Below are positions 10,490-20,430 of a stretch of DNA of 64,000 nt, piece after piece. Source of the stretch: Nitrospirota bacterium (lineage in GTDB: Bacteria; Nitrospirota; UBA9217). Each line of letters opens with the position of its first letter. Within the stretch, counting starts at the first letter, position 1. The notes under the pieces are model-generated. The model was not told where the DNA came from. It made no database searches and worked only from the letters and a program-made list of their open reading frames with translations. The stretch is from assembly GCA_963845065.1 (NCBI GenBank), contig CAWJQQ010000008.1, forward strand, positions 352,001-416,000, written 5' to 3'. A program made the position numbers and the translations under genes.

Positions 10490-11446
10490 ATGAGAAAGAC
10501 AGGATTTCTCTATGATGAACGATTTCTGCTCCATCGCACGGGACCCGAACATCCGGAGTCGCCCGAACGGCTCCTCGCAATTTACCGGGGAGTTGAAGAG
10601 GCGGGGCTCCTCTCCAAATTAACCCTGATAAAGGCCAGCCGGGCCAAGCAGGAACAGATTGAGGCCGTCCACAGCATCAAACTCATCATGCGCTTTGAAG
10701 AGGCGTGCCAATGGGGGATGGATACGCTCGATCATCCCGATAACAGGATTAGCAGGGAGTCCTTTGAAACCGCGATGCTGGCAGCAGGAGGCATTCTCGA
10801 TACGGTGGATCTCGTGATGGAAGGTAAGATCGACAATGCCTTCTGTGCGGTGAGACCTCCGGGACATCATGCTGAAGCCAACAGGGCCATGGGCTTTTGC
10901 TTTTTCAATAACGTCGCCATTGCCGCCAGGTACCTCCAACGCAAATGGGGAATACATCGGATAGGTATTGTGGATTTCGATGTCCATCATGGCAACGGCA
11001 CTCAGAGCATTTTTGAAGATGACCCCTCCGTGTTCTTTTTTTCCATCCATGAGCATCCTTCATTTGCGTATCCCGGTACCGGCAGGGAATTCGAAAAGGG
11101 ATCGGGTCCGGGCTTCGGATTTACCCTGAACTCACCGGCATTGCCCGGACAGGGAGACATGGAATATAGAGAGTTGCTGCGAAGAGACCTGTTCCCCGCC
11201 TTCGAGGAGTTTAAGCCCGAAGTGATTCTTGTATCCGCAGGTTTTGATGCTCACATTGACGATGATATGTCGGATATAAAACTTTCAACGGAGGGCTTTT
11301 CGTGGATCATGGAAAATATCGTTGCAATGGCGGACAAATATTCGAATGGGCGGGTCATCTCCGTTCTTGAAGGGGGATACGCGCTCAACCGTCTGCCTGA
11401 ACTCATAAGAAATCATGTTGAAATCCTGCTCGGGAGCAAAGCCTGA
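10490..11446 (+). CDS. Zn-dependent histone-deacetylase family protein (AcuC-like)
   Basis: HPESPERL, RPPGHHA, GFCFFNN, DFDVHHGNGT, SAGFD, LEGGY. Confidence 0.93.
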   Translation: MRKTGFLYDERFLLHRTGPEHPESPERLLAIYRGVEEAGLLSKLTLIKASRAKQEQIEAVHSIKLIMRFEEACQWGMDTLDHPDNRISRESFETAMLAAGGILDTVDLVMEGKIDNAFCAVRPPGHHAEANRAMGFCFFNNVAIAARYLQRKWGIHRIGIVDFDVHHGNGTQSIFEDDPSVFFFSIHEHPSFAYPGTGREFEKGSGPGFGFTLNSPALPGQGDMEYRELLRRDLFPAFEEFKPEVILVSAGFDAHIDDDMSDIKLSTEGFSWIMENIVAMADKYSNGRVISVLEGGYALNRLPELIRNHVEILLGSKA

Positions 11447-11459
11447 AAGGGGGGATGCT

Positions 11460-12134
11460 ATGTTTATCGACAAGTCGATGACGAGAAGTGTTATTACGAT
11501 CCGCCAGGTGGCTGGTATACTTGAGGCAAGGGAAAAAATGGAGAAGAACCATATCCGGCATCTCCCCGTGGTGAAAGAAGATGATACCCTGATCGGGATC
11601 ATTACGGACCGCGATATACGGAGCGCCCTGCCGTCCATGTTCTCGACCGGCCAGGAAGAGGCAACGGAAAGGGAACGAATCTCCAGACTCAAGGTCAAAG
11701 ATGCCATGACGAAGAATCCGATCACCGTTGCTCCTACGGACACCCTTGAGGATGCGCTTCTGCTGATGCAAAAGATGCACAAGGGAGCTTTTCCGGTTGT
11801 TGACCGAGGGGGGAAATTACGGGGCATCATCACGACCAGCGACCTGATTCGAGCTTTTATCCATGTGCTGGGGATTGAACAGCCCGGTACTCTCCTGTGT
11901 ATTATTGCGGAGGACAAGGTAGGGCAAATGAAGAGAATTGTGGATGCCATTACCGAGGAGGGGATATCCTTCGGGAGCATCCTCGTTGCCAAACACTGGG
12001 AAGAGGGGAAGCGGGCTGTTTTCCCATACCTGTTAACGAACAATGTGGCCAAAGTGAAAAGAAAGCTGGAGACCATGGGATACACGTTACCCAACCCCAT
12101 GGAATGGTCTCTTGATCAGCCCCCAAAGAGCTGA
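11460..12134 (+). CDS. CBS-pair + ACT-like protein (AcuB-like)
   Basis: IRHLPVV...GIITDRDIR CBS pair; lies next to deacetylase and acs. Confidence 0.85.
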   Translation: MFIDKSMTRSVITIRQVAGILEAREKMEKNHIRHLPVVKEDDTLIGIITDRDIRSALPSMFSTGQEEATERERISRLKVKDAMTKNPITVAPTDTLEDALLLMQKMHKGAFPVVDRGGKLRGIITTSDLIRAFIHVLGIEQPGTLLCIIAEDKVGQMKRIVDAITEEGISFGSILVAKHWEEGKRAVFPYLLTNNVAKVKRKLETMGYTLPNPMEWSLDQPPKS

Positions 12135-12288
12135 TGGACATAATCAAGGAAATGATCGGAGGGTGGTTAACCAGCATTATCAAAAGAGCATCCAGAGGGG
12201 AATATAATATTTGCACTGAACACTTCGCTTGAGCAGCGCATCTTTTAGCGACCTCCCGAAGCGAGTTGAAGTTTTCCGGAGCTAGATC

Positions 12289-12345
12289 CTCGGTGAGTGT
12301 GGAGAGTTCTCCCCGGCTCCACGCTCATCGAATCACTTCTTTTTT
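12289..12345 (+). terminator. Long hairpin plus T-tract, duplicated at 18972-19035
   Basis: TCGGTGAGTGTGGAG/CTCCACGCTCATCGA followed by TTCTTTTTT. Confidence 0.55.
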
Positions 12346-12477
12346 ACGAACAGGACTGCACAACCTTTGCCACGGGGTGCCGGGCATTACCTGCATGGCA
12401 TTTTTGTAAGGCTGCGTTCGGGTGGATCGGGTCCTGCCCTGCGTTATGATGAAACGATATTTAAGGAGGAGAGAGGC

Positions 12478-14454
12478 ATGGCGACCGAAAGTATTCAAGT
12501 TTTATCGACGGAGAAGAGGACGTTTCCGCCAACCAAGGAATTCAGCAAAAAAGCTCATATCAAGAGCATGAAGGAATATGAGCAGCTGTACAAGCAATCT
12601 ATCGAACATCCGGAAAAATTCTGGGGTGAACAGGCGGAGAAGAACCTGACGTGGTACAAGAAATGGGACAAGGTGCTGGACTATGATTTCACCAAACCCT
12701 ACATCAAGTATTTTGTCGGCGGAAAGCTGAACGCATCGGTGAACTGCCTGGACCGCTATATTGATACGCCTGTGCGCAACAAGGCGGCCATCATCTGGGA
12801 GTCCGACTCCGGTCGATACCGGACCTTCACCTATCAGCAGATGTATTACGAGGTCAACAAATTTGCGAACGTGCTGAAGAAGAAAGGCGTCAAGAAGGGT
12901 GACCGGGTCACGATTTACCTCCCCATGATCCCCGAACTTCCGATCGCCATGCTCGCCTGCTCAAGGATCGGCGCGATCCACTGTGTCGTTTTCGGCGGAT
13001 TTTCCGCCAAGTCGCTCATGGACCGCATGCAGGACTGCGAGTCCACGTTGCTCGTCACCTGCGACGAAGGTCTGCGCGGCGGTCGCTTTATACCCATGAA
13101 AAGCACCGCTGACGAGGCCCTCAACGAATGCCCCAAGGTCAAGAACGTCATCGTAGTGCAACATGCAAAGACCGATAAGGCCGTCTTGGAGCCGACCAGG
13201 GACTCGTGGTGGCACGAGGATATGAGCGATCCCGATATTGCCCTGTACTGTGAGCCGGAGAAGATGGATGCGGAAGACCCGCTCTACATTCTCTATACGT
13301 CGGGTTCCACGGGCAAGCCCAAGGGCGTGCTCCACACGACAGGTGGCTACATGCTGTATTGTAATGTCAGCTTTAAGTGGATTTTCGACTATCACGATGA
13401 GGATATCCACTTCTGCACCGCCGACATCGGCTGGGTCACGGGCCATAGTTACATCGTGTACGGGCCGCTTTCCGCGGGCGCCACGAGCCTGATGTTCGAG
13501 GGCATCCCAACATACCCGAACCCCGGCCGGTTCTGGGATATCGTGGACAAGCATAAAGTAAATATTTTCTACACGGCGCCTACAGCCATCCGGGCACTCA
13601 TGAAGGAAGGCGAGAAGTGGGTTAAAAATCACGATCTGTCGTCGATCAAGGTTCTGGGCACCGTGGGAGAACCGATCAATCCCGAGGCCTGGGTCTGGTA
13701 CCATAAAAATGTCGGCAGGGAAAAGGTTCCGATCGTCGATACATGGTGGCAGACCGAGACGGGCGGAATACTGATTACGGGGCTTCCCGGCGCTATCACG
13801 GCCAAGCCTGGCTCGGCAACGAAACCGTTCCCGGGCGTCGTACCGGAGGTGGTCAAAGAAGACGGCAAGCCTGCCAAAGCGAACGAAGGCGGCTACCTTT
13901 GCATCAATAAGCCTTGGCCCGGCATGCTCCGTGGCACTTATGGCGATCCCGAGAACAAGCGCATCAAAGAGGTCTACTTCAGCCGGTTCCCCGGCAAGTA
14001 CTTCACGGGAGACGGCGCCCGCTTCGACGAGGACGGCGACTTCTGGCTCATGGGCCGTGTGGACGACGTGATCAACGTTTCGGGCCACCGGCTCGGCACG
14101 GCTGAGGTCGAATCAGCGCTGGTCAGCCATGAGGCCGTTGCCGAAGCGGCAGTGGTTGGCTACCCGCACGACATCAAGGGTGAAGGCATTTATGTGTACG
14201 TTACCCTCAAGCAAGGCCGGACGCCATCCGATGAACTCAAGAAGATCCTGGCTGGCCACGTACGTTCGGTCATCGGTCCGATAGCCACGCCGGACAAAAT
14301 CCAGTTCGCGCCCGGTCTGCCGAAGACGCGGAGCGGCAAGATCATGCGCCGTATCCTCCGGAAGATCGCGCACAACCAGACGGATGAACTGGGCGATATC
14401 TCGACCCTGGCAGATCCCACTGTGGTCGAAAGCCTGGTCAAAGGTAAAGTATAG
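12478..14454 (+). CDS. acs: AMP-forming acetyl-CoA synthetase, copy 2
   Basis: YTSGSTGKPKG, DTWWQTETG, PKTRSGKIMRR; AAGGAGG RBS before ATG 12478. Confidence 0.97.
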   Translation: MATESIQVLSTEKRTFPPTKEFSKKAHIKSMKEYEQLYKQSIEHPEKFWGEQAEKNLTWYKKWDKVLDYDFTKPYIKYFVGGKLNASVNCLDRYIDTPVRNKAAIIWESDSGRYRTFTYQQMYYEVNKFANVLKKKGVKKGDRVTIYLPMIPELPIAMLACSRIGAIHCVVFGGFSAKSLMDRMQDCESTLLVTCDEGLRGGRFIPMKSTADEALNECPKVKNVIVVQHAKTDKAVLEPTRDSWWHEDMSDPDIALYCEPEKMDAEDPLYILYTSGSTGKPKGVLHTTGGYMLYCNVSFKWIFDYHDEDIHFCTADIGWVTGHSYIVYGPLSAGATSLMFEGIPTYPNPGRFWDIVDKHKVNIFYTAPTAIRALMKEGEKWVKNHDLSSIKVLGTVGEPINPEAWVWYHKNVGREKVPIVDTWWQTETGGILITGLPGAITAKPGSATKPFPGVVPEVVKEDGKPAKANEGGYLCINKPWPGMLRGTYGDPENKRIKEVYFSRFPGKYFTGDGARFDEDGDFWLMGRVDDVINVSGHRLGTAEVESALVSHEAVAEAAVVGYPHDIKGEGIYVYVTLKQGRTPSDELKKILAGHVRSVIGPIATPDKIQFAPGLPKTRSGKIMRRILRKIAHNQTDELGDISTLADPTVVESLVKGKV

Positions 14455-14484
14455 GTCCCGTTTCGCAACATAAGCTTTCTCCAC

Positions 14485-14529
14485 CCGGGGAGAGCGAACG
14501 CAAACTTGCTCTCCCTGGGGTTTCTTTAC
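14485..14529 (+). terminator. Intrinsic terminator
   Basis: CCCGGGGAGAGCGA/TTGCTCTCCCTGGG followed by TTTCTTT. Confidence 0.65.
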
Positions 14530-14574
14530 TTCAATCATTTTCATCAAGTACATTGATAAGACCTCTACCAGGAA

Positions 14575-16044
14575 ATGCATACGAAGAGCATCCTATACGG
14601 TAGCAGCAACCAGCTGTTGTTCACGACCCTTGTCGGCGATATCGCGGTCAAGGATGTGATCACTGCACGGCAAGACACCACAATCCAGCAAGCGGCCCGG
14701 GAAATGGCCCGAAACGGAATAGGTTCTCTGGTCATCGTGGATGACGCGGAGAATCCTGTGGGCATCATAACGGACCGCGACCTCCGCGAAAAAGTGGTGG
14801 CACGCGGGCGCGACGTGAATGGACCGGTCAAGGACGTCATGTCCCTGCCGCTTGTGCGGGTGGATGCGAAGGATTACTGCTTCGAAGCGGTCCTCCGGAT
14901 GATCAAACACAATGTCCATCACATTCTTGTGATCAGGGATGGCCGGCTTACCGGCGTCCTGACGAACCACGACCTGATGACGCCGCAAGGCACATCGCCC
15001 CTGTCCTTCGCGAACGAACTGGAGGGCCAGCAAACAATCGAGAGCCTCGTTCCCCTGTCGCTCAAGATCAACCGGGTAGTGGGGCTTCTACTCAAGGAGG
15101 GGGCGAAGGCGAGCAATATCGCCAGGATCATAACCGAGTTGAACGACCGCCTGCTCCGGAAGGTTCTCGAACTCGCAGAGAAGAAGTTCGGCGACCCGCC
15201 GGTCCCTTATTGCTGGGTAGCCTTCGGAAGCGAGGGCCGGAAAGAACAGACGTTTAAGACCGATCAGGACAACGCCATCATCATGGCGGATGCCGCGACA
15301 CCGGCCGCGGAGGAGGCGGCGACCCGCTACTTCACCGAATTCACGGTCTTCGTCAAGGACAGTCTCCTCAGGTGCGGTTTTTCGACGTGCCCCGCGGACT
15401 ACATGGCCAGCAATCCTCGGTGGCGCCAGCCGCTTCGGACCTGGAAACGCTATCTTTCCACGTGGATCTCGACCCCGACGACGGAGGCCCTGATGCACGC
15501 GGTCACGTTCTTCGATTTCCGGCCCGTTTACGGGGACCTCAGCCTGGCCGAAGAGCTCCGGACCTATCTCACGGTCCTCCTGAAGGACCAGAAGGTGTTT
15601 CTCGGCACTATGGCGAACATGATTGTCAAGAATGTGCCGCCCATAGGGTTCTTCAAGTCCTTCATCCTTGAAAAGAGCAAAGAGCACAAGAACGAATTAA
15701 ACCTGAAAGTGAAATGCTTAGCTCCCCTGGTCGACATCATCAGGCTGTTCGCCCTGGAGCGCGGCGTCCGCGAGACGTCCACGCTCGAACGGATCGACAT
15801 GCTCCGCGGAGTTCATACCATCGTGCAGGAGTACGCGGACGAGTTTGAGCACGCATTCGAATTTATCACGTTCCTTCGAATGCGTCATCAATACGAACAG
15901 CTCATCGCGGGCCAGGACCCGGACAATTTTGTCAATCCAGACAAAATTAGCAAACTGGAGAAACAGACCATTAAGGACTCCTTCCGCTTCATCGCGAAAA
16001 TGCAGAATATGATCATCGAGCGGTACAAGTCGCTCATTTGGTGA
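14575..16044 (+). CDS. CBS + DUF294 nucleotidyltransferase-like protein lacking the N-terminal cNMP domain (5'-truncated, possibly pseudogene)
   Basis: Clear paralog of 4567..6465; out-of-frame remnant IKYIDKT directly upstream. Confidence 0.8.
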   Translation: MHTKSILYGSSNQLLFTTLVGDIAVKDVITARQDTTIQQAAREMARNGIGSLVIVDDAENPVGIITDRDLREKVVARGRDVNGPVKDVMSLPLVRVDAKDYCFEAVLRMIKHNVHHILVIRDGRLTGVLTNHDLMTPQGTSPLSFANELEGQQTIESLVPLSLKINRVVGLLLKEGAKASNIARIITELNDRLLRKVLELAEKKFGDPPVPYCWVAFGSEGRKEQTFKTDQDNAIIMADAATPAAEEAATRYFTEFTVFVKDSLLRCGFSTCPADYMASNPRWRQPLRTWKRYLSTWISTPTTEALMHAVTFFDFRPVYGDLSLAEELRTYLTVLLKDQKVFLGTMANMIVKNVPPIGFFKSFILEKSKEHKNELNLKVKCLAPLVDIIRLFALERGVRETSTLERIDMLRGVHTIVQEYADEFEHAFEFITFLRMRHQYEQLIAGQDPDNFVNPDKISKLEKQTIKDSFRFIAKMQNMIIERYKSLIW

Positions 16045-16113
16045 TGGTTTCATAGCAAGCCGGCCGTCGGCGTATGGAAAGGAAAGGGCAAAACAGTTGC
16101 CTTAGTTCATCGC

Positions 16114-16818
16114 GTGTTCAGTTTGTTCGGTAAGAAAAAAAAGAAGCTTCAGGGCATCAGCGAGAAATCGCCGATTAGTGAGGTGCCCTATGTGGTCGTG
16201 GATACCGAACTTACCGGTCTGGACAAAAAAAAGGATTCCATCGTTTCAATAGGGGCCGTCCGCATGACCGGCGGGAGGATCGAACTCGGCAATATGTTCT
16301 ACCGGCTTGTGAACCCGCAGACGGCTCTTACGGCGCAGAGCATCTTGATCCACGAGATCACACCATCTGACGTGAAGGCTGAGCCCGGCATTGAGTCCGT
16401 GTTCGATCGGTTTCTCGAATTTTGCGGCGACGCCGTACTTGTCGGTCACTTTATATCCATTGATCTGAATTTTCTCAACCGCGAGATGATGCGGATCCGG
16501 GGGACCGAAATTTACAATCCAGCGCTGGATACATTCAGTATTTACGAATGGCTCCGGCAGCGAAACCTGCCGCACGCCTGTCTTGAGAGAGCGCCCGACG
16601 GCTACCGGCTGTTCGATATTGCGAAGTGTTTCGACATCCAGGTGAACGGCGCGCATAATGCCATCAATGATGCATATACCACTGCCCAGTTGTTTCAGCG
16701 GTTTTTGCCGCTTCTCGCTGAAGCAGGGGTCTCTGACCTCACAGACCTCCTTCGAAGAGGAACGCCATTTGAAGGGGGTGACAGCTTTAAACTAACGAAC
16801 GAATTCGGCAATTTTTAA
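16114..16818 (+). CDS. 3'-5' exonuclease, DEDDh / DNA Pol III epsilon-like
   Basis: VVDTELTG, VGHFISID, AHNAINDA motifs. Confidence 0.9.
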   Translation: MFSLFGKKKKKLQGISEKSPISEVPYVVVDTELTGLDKKKDSIVSIGAVRMTGGRIELGNMFYRLVNPQTALTAQSILIHEITPSDVKAEPGIESVFDRFLEFCGDAVLVGHFISIDLNFLNREMMRIRGTEIYNPALDTFSIYEWLRQRNLPHACLERAPDGYRLFDIAKCFDIQVNGAHNAINDAYTTAQLFQRFLPLLAEAGVSDLTDLLRRGTPFEGGDSFKLTNEFGNF

Positions 16819-16834
16819 TTAAGGAGGACGCATC

Positions 16835-17146
16835 ATGATCAAGATGAAAAAGGAAGACATCTTGAACGACCCGGATTTTCAACAGCTGTCCAGGCAGAGA
16901 GACACCATATCCCTGATTCTAACGGTCTTGGAACTAGTGCTCTATTTTGGGTTCATATACCTTGTCGCAGAACACAAGGCATTTCTTGCTCAGAAGATGA
17001 GCGAAGGCGGCGCAGTCACAGTCGGAATCCCCATCGCTGTGGGAATCATCGTACTGTCATGGATATTCACAGGGATTTATATCTGGTGGGCAAACACGCA
17101 ATATGACGAAATGGTAAAAAAAGTTATAGAAAAGGTGGGTGGATAA
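16835..17146 (+). CDS. yjcH: DUF485 small membrane protein (YjcH-like ActP partner)
   Basis: Two TM helices, YIWWAN..YD ending, directly upstream of actP. Confidence 0.88.
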   Translation: MIKMKKEDILNDPDFQQLSRQRDTISLILTVLELVLYFGFIYLVAEHKAFLAQKMSEGGAVTVGIPIAVGIIVLSWIFTGIYIWWANTQYDEMVKKVIEKVGG

Positions 17147-17147
17147 C

Positions 17148-18929
17148 ATGTACCAGACGATCATCGGACATGCTAACCCGATTGCAATCATGTTCTTTAT
17201 CCTTTTCGTTATCATCACTTTGTTGATTACCTGGTGGGCTGCGAAACGGACGAGAACGACGAAAGATTTTTATGCAGCAGGCAGAAACATCACCGGTCTT
17301 CAGAACGGGCTCGCCCTTGCCGGCGATTATATGAGCGCGGCCTCGTTCCTCGGCATCGCGGGTCTCGTGTCCACCAGGGGCTTTGACGGCCTCATCTACT
17401 CCGTCGGATGGCTTGTGGGATGGCCGATCATCATGTTCCTGATCTCCGAGCCCCTCCGGAACCTCGGGAGATATACTTTTGCCGACGTGGTCGCTTTCCG
17501 GCTCCAGCAGCGGCCCATTCGCGCGGCGGCGGCAGCGGGCTCGCTCGTCGTTGTTCTAACTTACCTGATCGCCCAGATGGTGGGCGCCGGCACGCTGATC
17601 AAGCTTTTGTTCGGTCTCCCCTTTGAGCTGGCCATCATGATCACCGGCGCTCTCATGATCTGTTACGTGCTCTTTGGCGGCATGATTGCCACGACGTGGG
17701 TCCAGATAATCAAGGCCGGCTTGCTCCTGGGCGGCGCGACGCTCCTTACGATCTTGACCCTCACAAAGTTCGGGTTCAGCTATGGCGATCTTTTTAGCCG
17801 GGCGGAAAAGTTGTATACTAGCAAGTTCCTTGAGCCGGGCGGGCTTATAACCAGTCCGCTGGAAGCTTTCTCCCTCGGCCTTGCCCTTATGTTCGGCACC
17901 GCAGGCCTCCCGCACATCCTCATGCGGTTTTACACTGTGCCTGATGCGAAAGCGGCGCGCAAGTCGGTGTTCTACGCAACCGGGTTCATCGGCTACTTCT
18001 ACATCCTGACCGTGACGATCGGATTCGGCGCCGCCGTTCTCGTGGGCCGGAAGGTCATTATGGGCATTGACAATGGCGGCAATATGGCCGGTCCGCTGCT
18101 CGCCGAGGTCCTCGGCGGGAACATCTTTCTCGGCTTCCTATCAGCCGTGGCCTTTGCCACGATCCTTGCCGTGGTCTCCGGTCTTACGCTTGCAGGCGCG
18201 TCCTCGCTGTCTCACGACTTCTACGTGGGCGTGCTTCGCAATGGCGTCACGAATGAGAAGGAAGAAGTGAAGGTTGCAAAGATTGCAACCGTCGTCCTCG
18301 GCATTTGTGCAATCCTGCTCGGCATCTTGTTCAAGGGACAGAATGTCGCCTTCCTGGTCGGTCTGACCTTTGCGATCGCCGCTAGCGCCAACTTTCCGGC
18401 CTTGCTTATGTCTATCCTATGGAAGAAGTTTACGACTGCCGGGGCGGTGACGAGCATCTATGTCGGCCTCCTATCCGCAACAATCCTGATTGTTCTGGGC
18501 CCCACCGTATGGGTGGATATCGTGAATAAAGACGCAGTGCAGGCGGTGCAGACGCAGCTCAAAGATATCAACGTCGCAGCGGCCGGCATTGATACCCAGA
18601 TCGCTGGTCTGCAGAAACAGGTGGTGCGCGCCGATGCCATCGCCAAGATGAAAAAAATGGACATGTTTGACGCAGAGAAAAAAAACGCGGAAATCGAGTC
18701 ATCGGTCGGTGCGAAGATGAAGGACAAGGAAATTCTGCTCGCAAAAAAGAGGGATGTAGCTGCCCAGATGCCGAAAGCTATCTTCCCCATGAATAACCCG
18801 GGCATATTCTCCATGGGTGCAGCTTTTTTGGTTGGCATTCTTGTCTCGCTCTTGGCGCCGGAAAAAGAAGCGCAGGTGAAGTTCGATTCCGAGAAGGTCA
18901 GGGAGTATGTGGGCATCGGTGCGGAATAG
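17148..18929 (+). CDS. actP: Cation/acetate symporter (SSS family) with coiled-coil insertion
   Basis: [44 protein letters not shown]. Confidence 0.95.
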   Translation: MYQTIIGHANPIAIMFFILFVIITLLITWWAAKRTRTTKDFYAAGRNITGLQNGLALAGDYMSAASFLGIAGLVSTRGFDGLIYSVGWLVGWPIIMFLISEPLRNLGRYTFADVVAFRLQQRPIRAAAAAGSLVVVLTYLIAQMVGAGTLIKLLFGLPFELAIMITGALMICYVLFGGMIATTWVQIIKAGLLLGGATLLTILTLTKFGFSYGDLFSRAEKLYTSKFLEPGGLITSPLEAFSLGLALMFGTAGLPHILMRFYTVPDAKAARKSVFYATGFIGYFYILTVTIGFGAAVLVGRKVIMGIDNGGNMAGPLLAEVLGGNIFLGFLSAVAFATILAVVSGLTLAGASSLSHDFYVGVLRNGVTNEKEEVKVAKIATVVLGICAILLGILFKGQNVAFLVGLTFAIAASANFPALLMSILWKKFTTAGAVTSIYVGLLSATILIVLGPTVWVDIVNKDAVQAVQTQLKDINVAAAGIDTQIAGLQKQVVRADAIAKMKKMDMFDAEKKNAEIESSVGAKMKDKEILLAKKRDVAAQMPKAIFPMNNPGIFSMGAAFLVGILVSLLAPEKEAQVKFDSEKVREYVGIGAE

Positions 18930-19075
18930 CCTGCTCCTCGTAACGCGGTAAAGAATCAGCTGTTACTCACAGTGAATCGGTGTTGGGCATGTGGAGAGTT
19001 CCTATCCGTCTCCACGCTCACCGGTTCATTTTTTTATTACGAACAGGACTGCACAACCTTTGCCACGTGGTGCCT

Positions 19076-19517
19076 GGCCGGTTCCCCGGCAAGTACAGTA
19101 CGGGAAACGGCGCCCGCTTCGATGAGGACGGCGACCTCTGGTTCATGGGCCGCGTGGACGACATGATCAACGTTTCGGGCCACCGGCTCGGCAGAGGTCG
19201 AAGCAGCGCTGGTCAGTCATGGGTCCGTTGCCGAAGCGGCAGTGGGTAGTTTACCCGCACGACATTAAGGGTGAAGGCATTTAGTGTATGTTACCCTTAA
19301 GGAAGGCCAGAAGCCATCCGAAGAACTCAAGAATATCCTGGTCAGCCAAGTACGTTCAGTCACCGGTCCGATAGCCACGCCGGGCAAACTCCAGTTCGCG
19401 CCCGGCCTGCCTAAGACATGGAGCGGCAAGATCATGCGCCGCATCCGGAAGATCGCGCAAGACCAGGCGGATGAACAGGGCAATGCGTCAAGGCTTACGG
19501 ACCCTACCGTGGTCTAA
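19076..19517 (+). pseudogene. acs: acs 3' fragment with frameshifts and internal stop
   Basis: Nucleotide-level match to 13981-14440; deletion in GHRLG(TA)EVE, TAT>TAG, PKTWSGK. Confidence 0.9.
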
Positions 19518-19569
19518 AAACCTCGTGAAGGAAAGAGTGACGTCGCATGCAGGATCATTGCCCTGTCGC

Positions 19570-19598
19570 TTGACAGGTTCCCTTGCGGAACCTATACT
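19570..19598 (+). promoter_or_regulatory. Near-consensus sigma70 promoter with inverted repeat in the spacer
   Basis: TTGACA-N17-TATACT; AGGTTCC-N5-GGAACCT at 19575-19593. Confidence 0.75.
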
Positions 19599-19667
19599 AT
19601 ATCCAGATGGTTGTTGTAAACGCGGCAGCGCGTAAATATGGGCAACGGCGGGTGAGTTTGCATATAT

Positions 19668-19712
19668 AAAAAGCCCATTTGCAGTTGCGACTGCAAATGG
19701 GCTTTTCTTTTC
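19668..19712 (+). terminator. Strong intrinsic terminator between promoter and dsbA-like gene
   Basis: AAAAGCCCATTTGCAGT-TGCG-ACTGCAAATGGGCTTTT then CTTTT. Confidence 0.85.
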
Positions 19713-19766
19713 AAGGTACAGGCAGTATGAACCGAACAGGACAATCTTCTCTTAAAGAGGCGTAAA

Positions 19767-20348
19767 ATGAAACGACTTGTGCTTGTCGCACTGATCTTCC
19801 TTCTTGCCGGGTATGCCGCGGCAGAGGATAAGCGCTACTCTGTCCCCATCAACGATTCGCCGGCGACCGGTCCCGTTGATGCTCCGGTGACTATCATCGA
19901 ATTCCTCGATTTCCAGTGACCGCACTGTGTGGCGGCCGGTCCGACCGTCAAAAAAATCATGGACGTCTACAAGGGGAAAATCAGGCTTGTCATCAAGAAC
20001 TATCCCTACATATACCGTGACTATTCCCATATTGCTGCCGAAGCATCGCTTGCGGCTCGGGATCAGGGCAAGTACTGGGAGATGCACGACCTCCTGATCA
20101 AGCGTTCGCCGAAACTCGACCGGGCCAGCCTCATCAAATACGCGCAGGAAATCGGGCTCGATGTGAAGAAGTTTGCCGAATCGCTTGATACCAAGAAGCA
20201 TGCTCAAGAAATCGAGCAAGACGAGAAGCTGGCCGTTGATCTGGATCTCTATAATACGCCGACTTTTTTCATCAATGGCCGTAAGGTCATCGGTGAACGG
20301 CCTTTTGAGTATTTCAAGAAAATCATCGATGAAGAATTAAATAGGTAG
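19767..20348 (+). CDS. DsbA/thioredoxin-fold selenoprotein with UxxC motif and signal peptide (193 aa)
   Basis: ATG 19767 with GAGG RBS; GPVDAPVTIIEFLDFQ-TGA(19917)-PHC in frame with downstream NYP...HDLL...NTPTFFING; SECIS-like hairpin 19931-19949. Confidence 0.9.
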
Positions 20349-20430
20349 ATTCAGATTGCCAATTGACATTGAAGCCGCCCTAAGCGTGTCGTTTTCCAGT
20401 GAAATCGGCAATGAAAGGTGAGGAGAAAAC

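Noticed and set aside
12134..12232. 32-aa ORF coupled to the acuB-like stop (TGATG)
   Set aside because: Too short and no recognisable motif; cannot be supported from sequence alone.
19575..19593. MerR/CueR-type activated promoter
   Set aside because: Spacer is the optimal 17 bp, not the 19-20 bp typical of MerR-activated promoters; kept only as a generic operator candidate.
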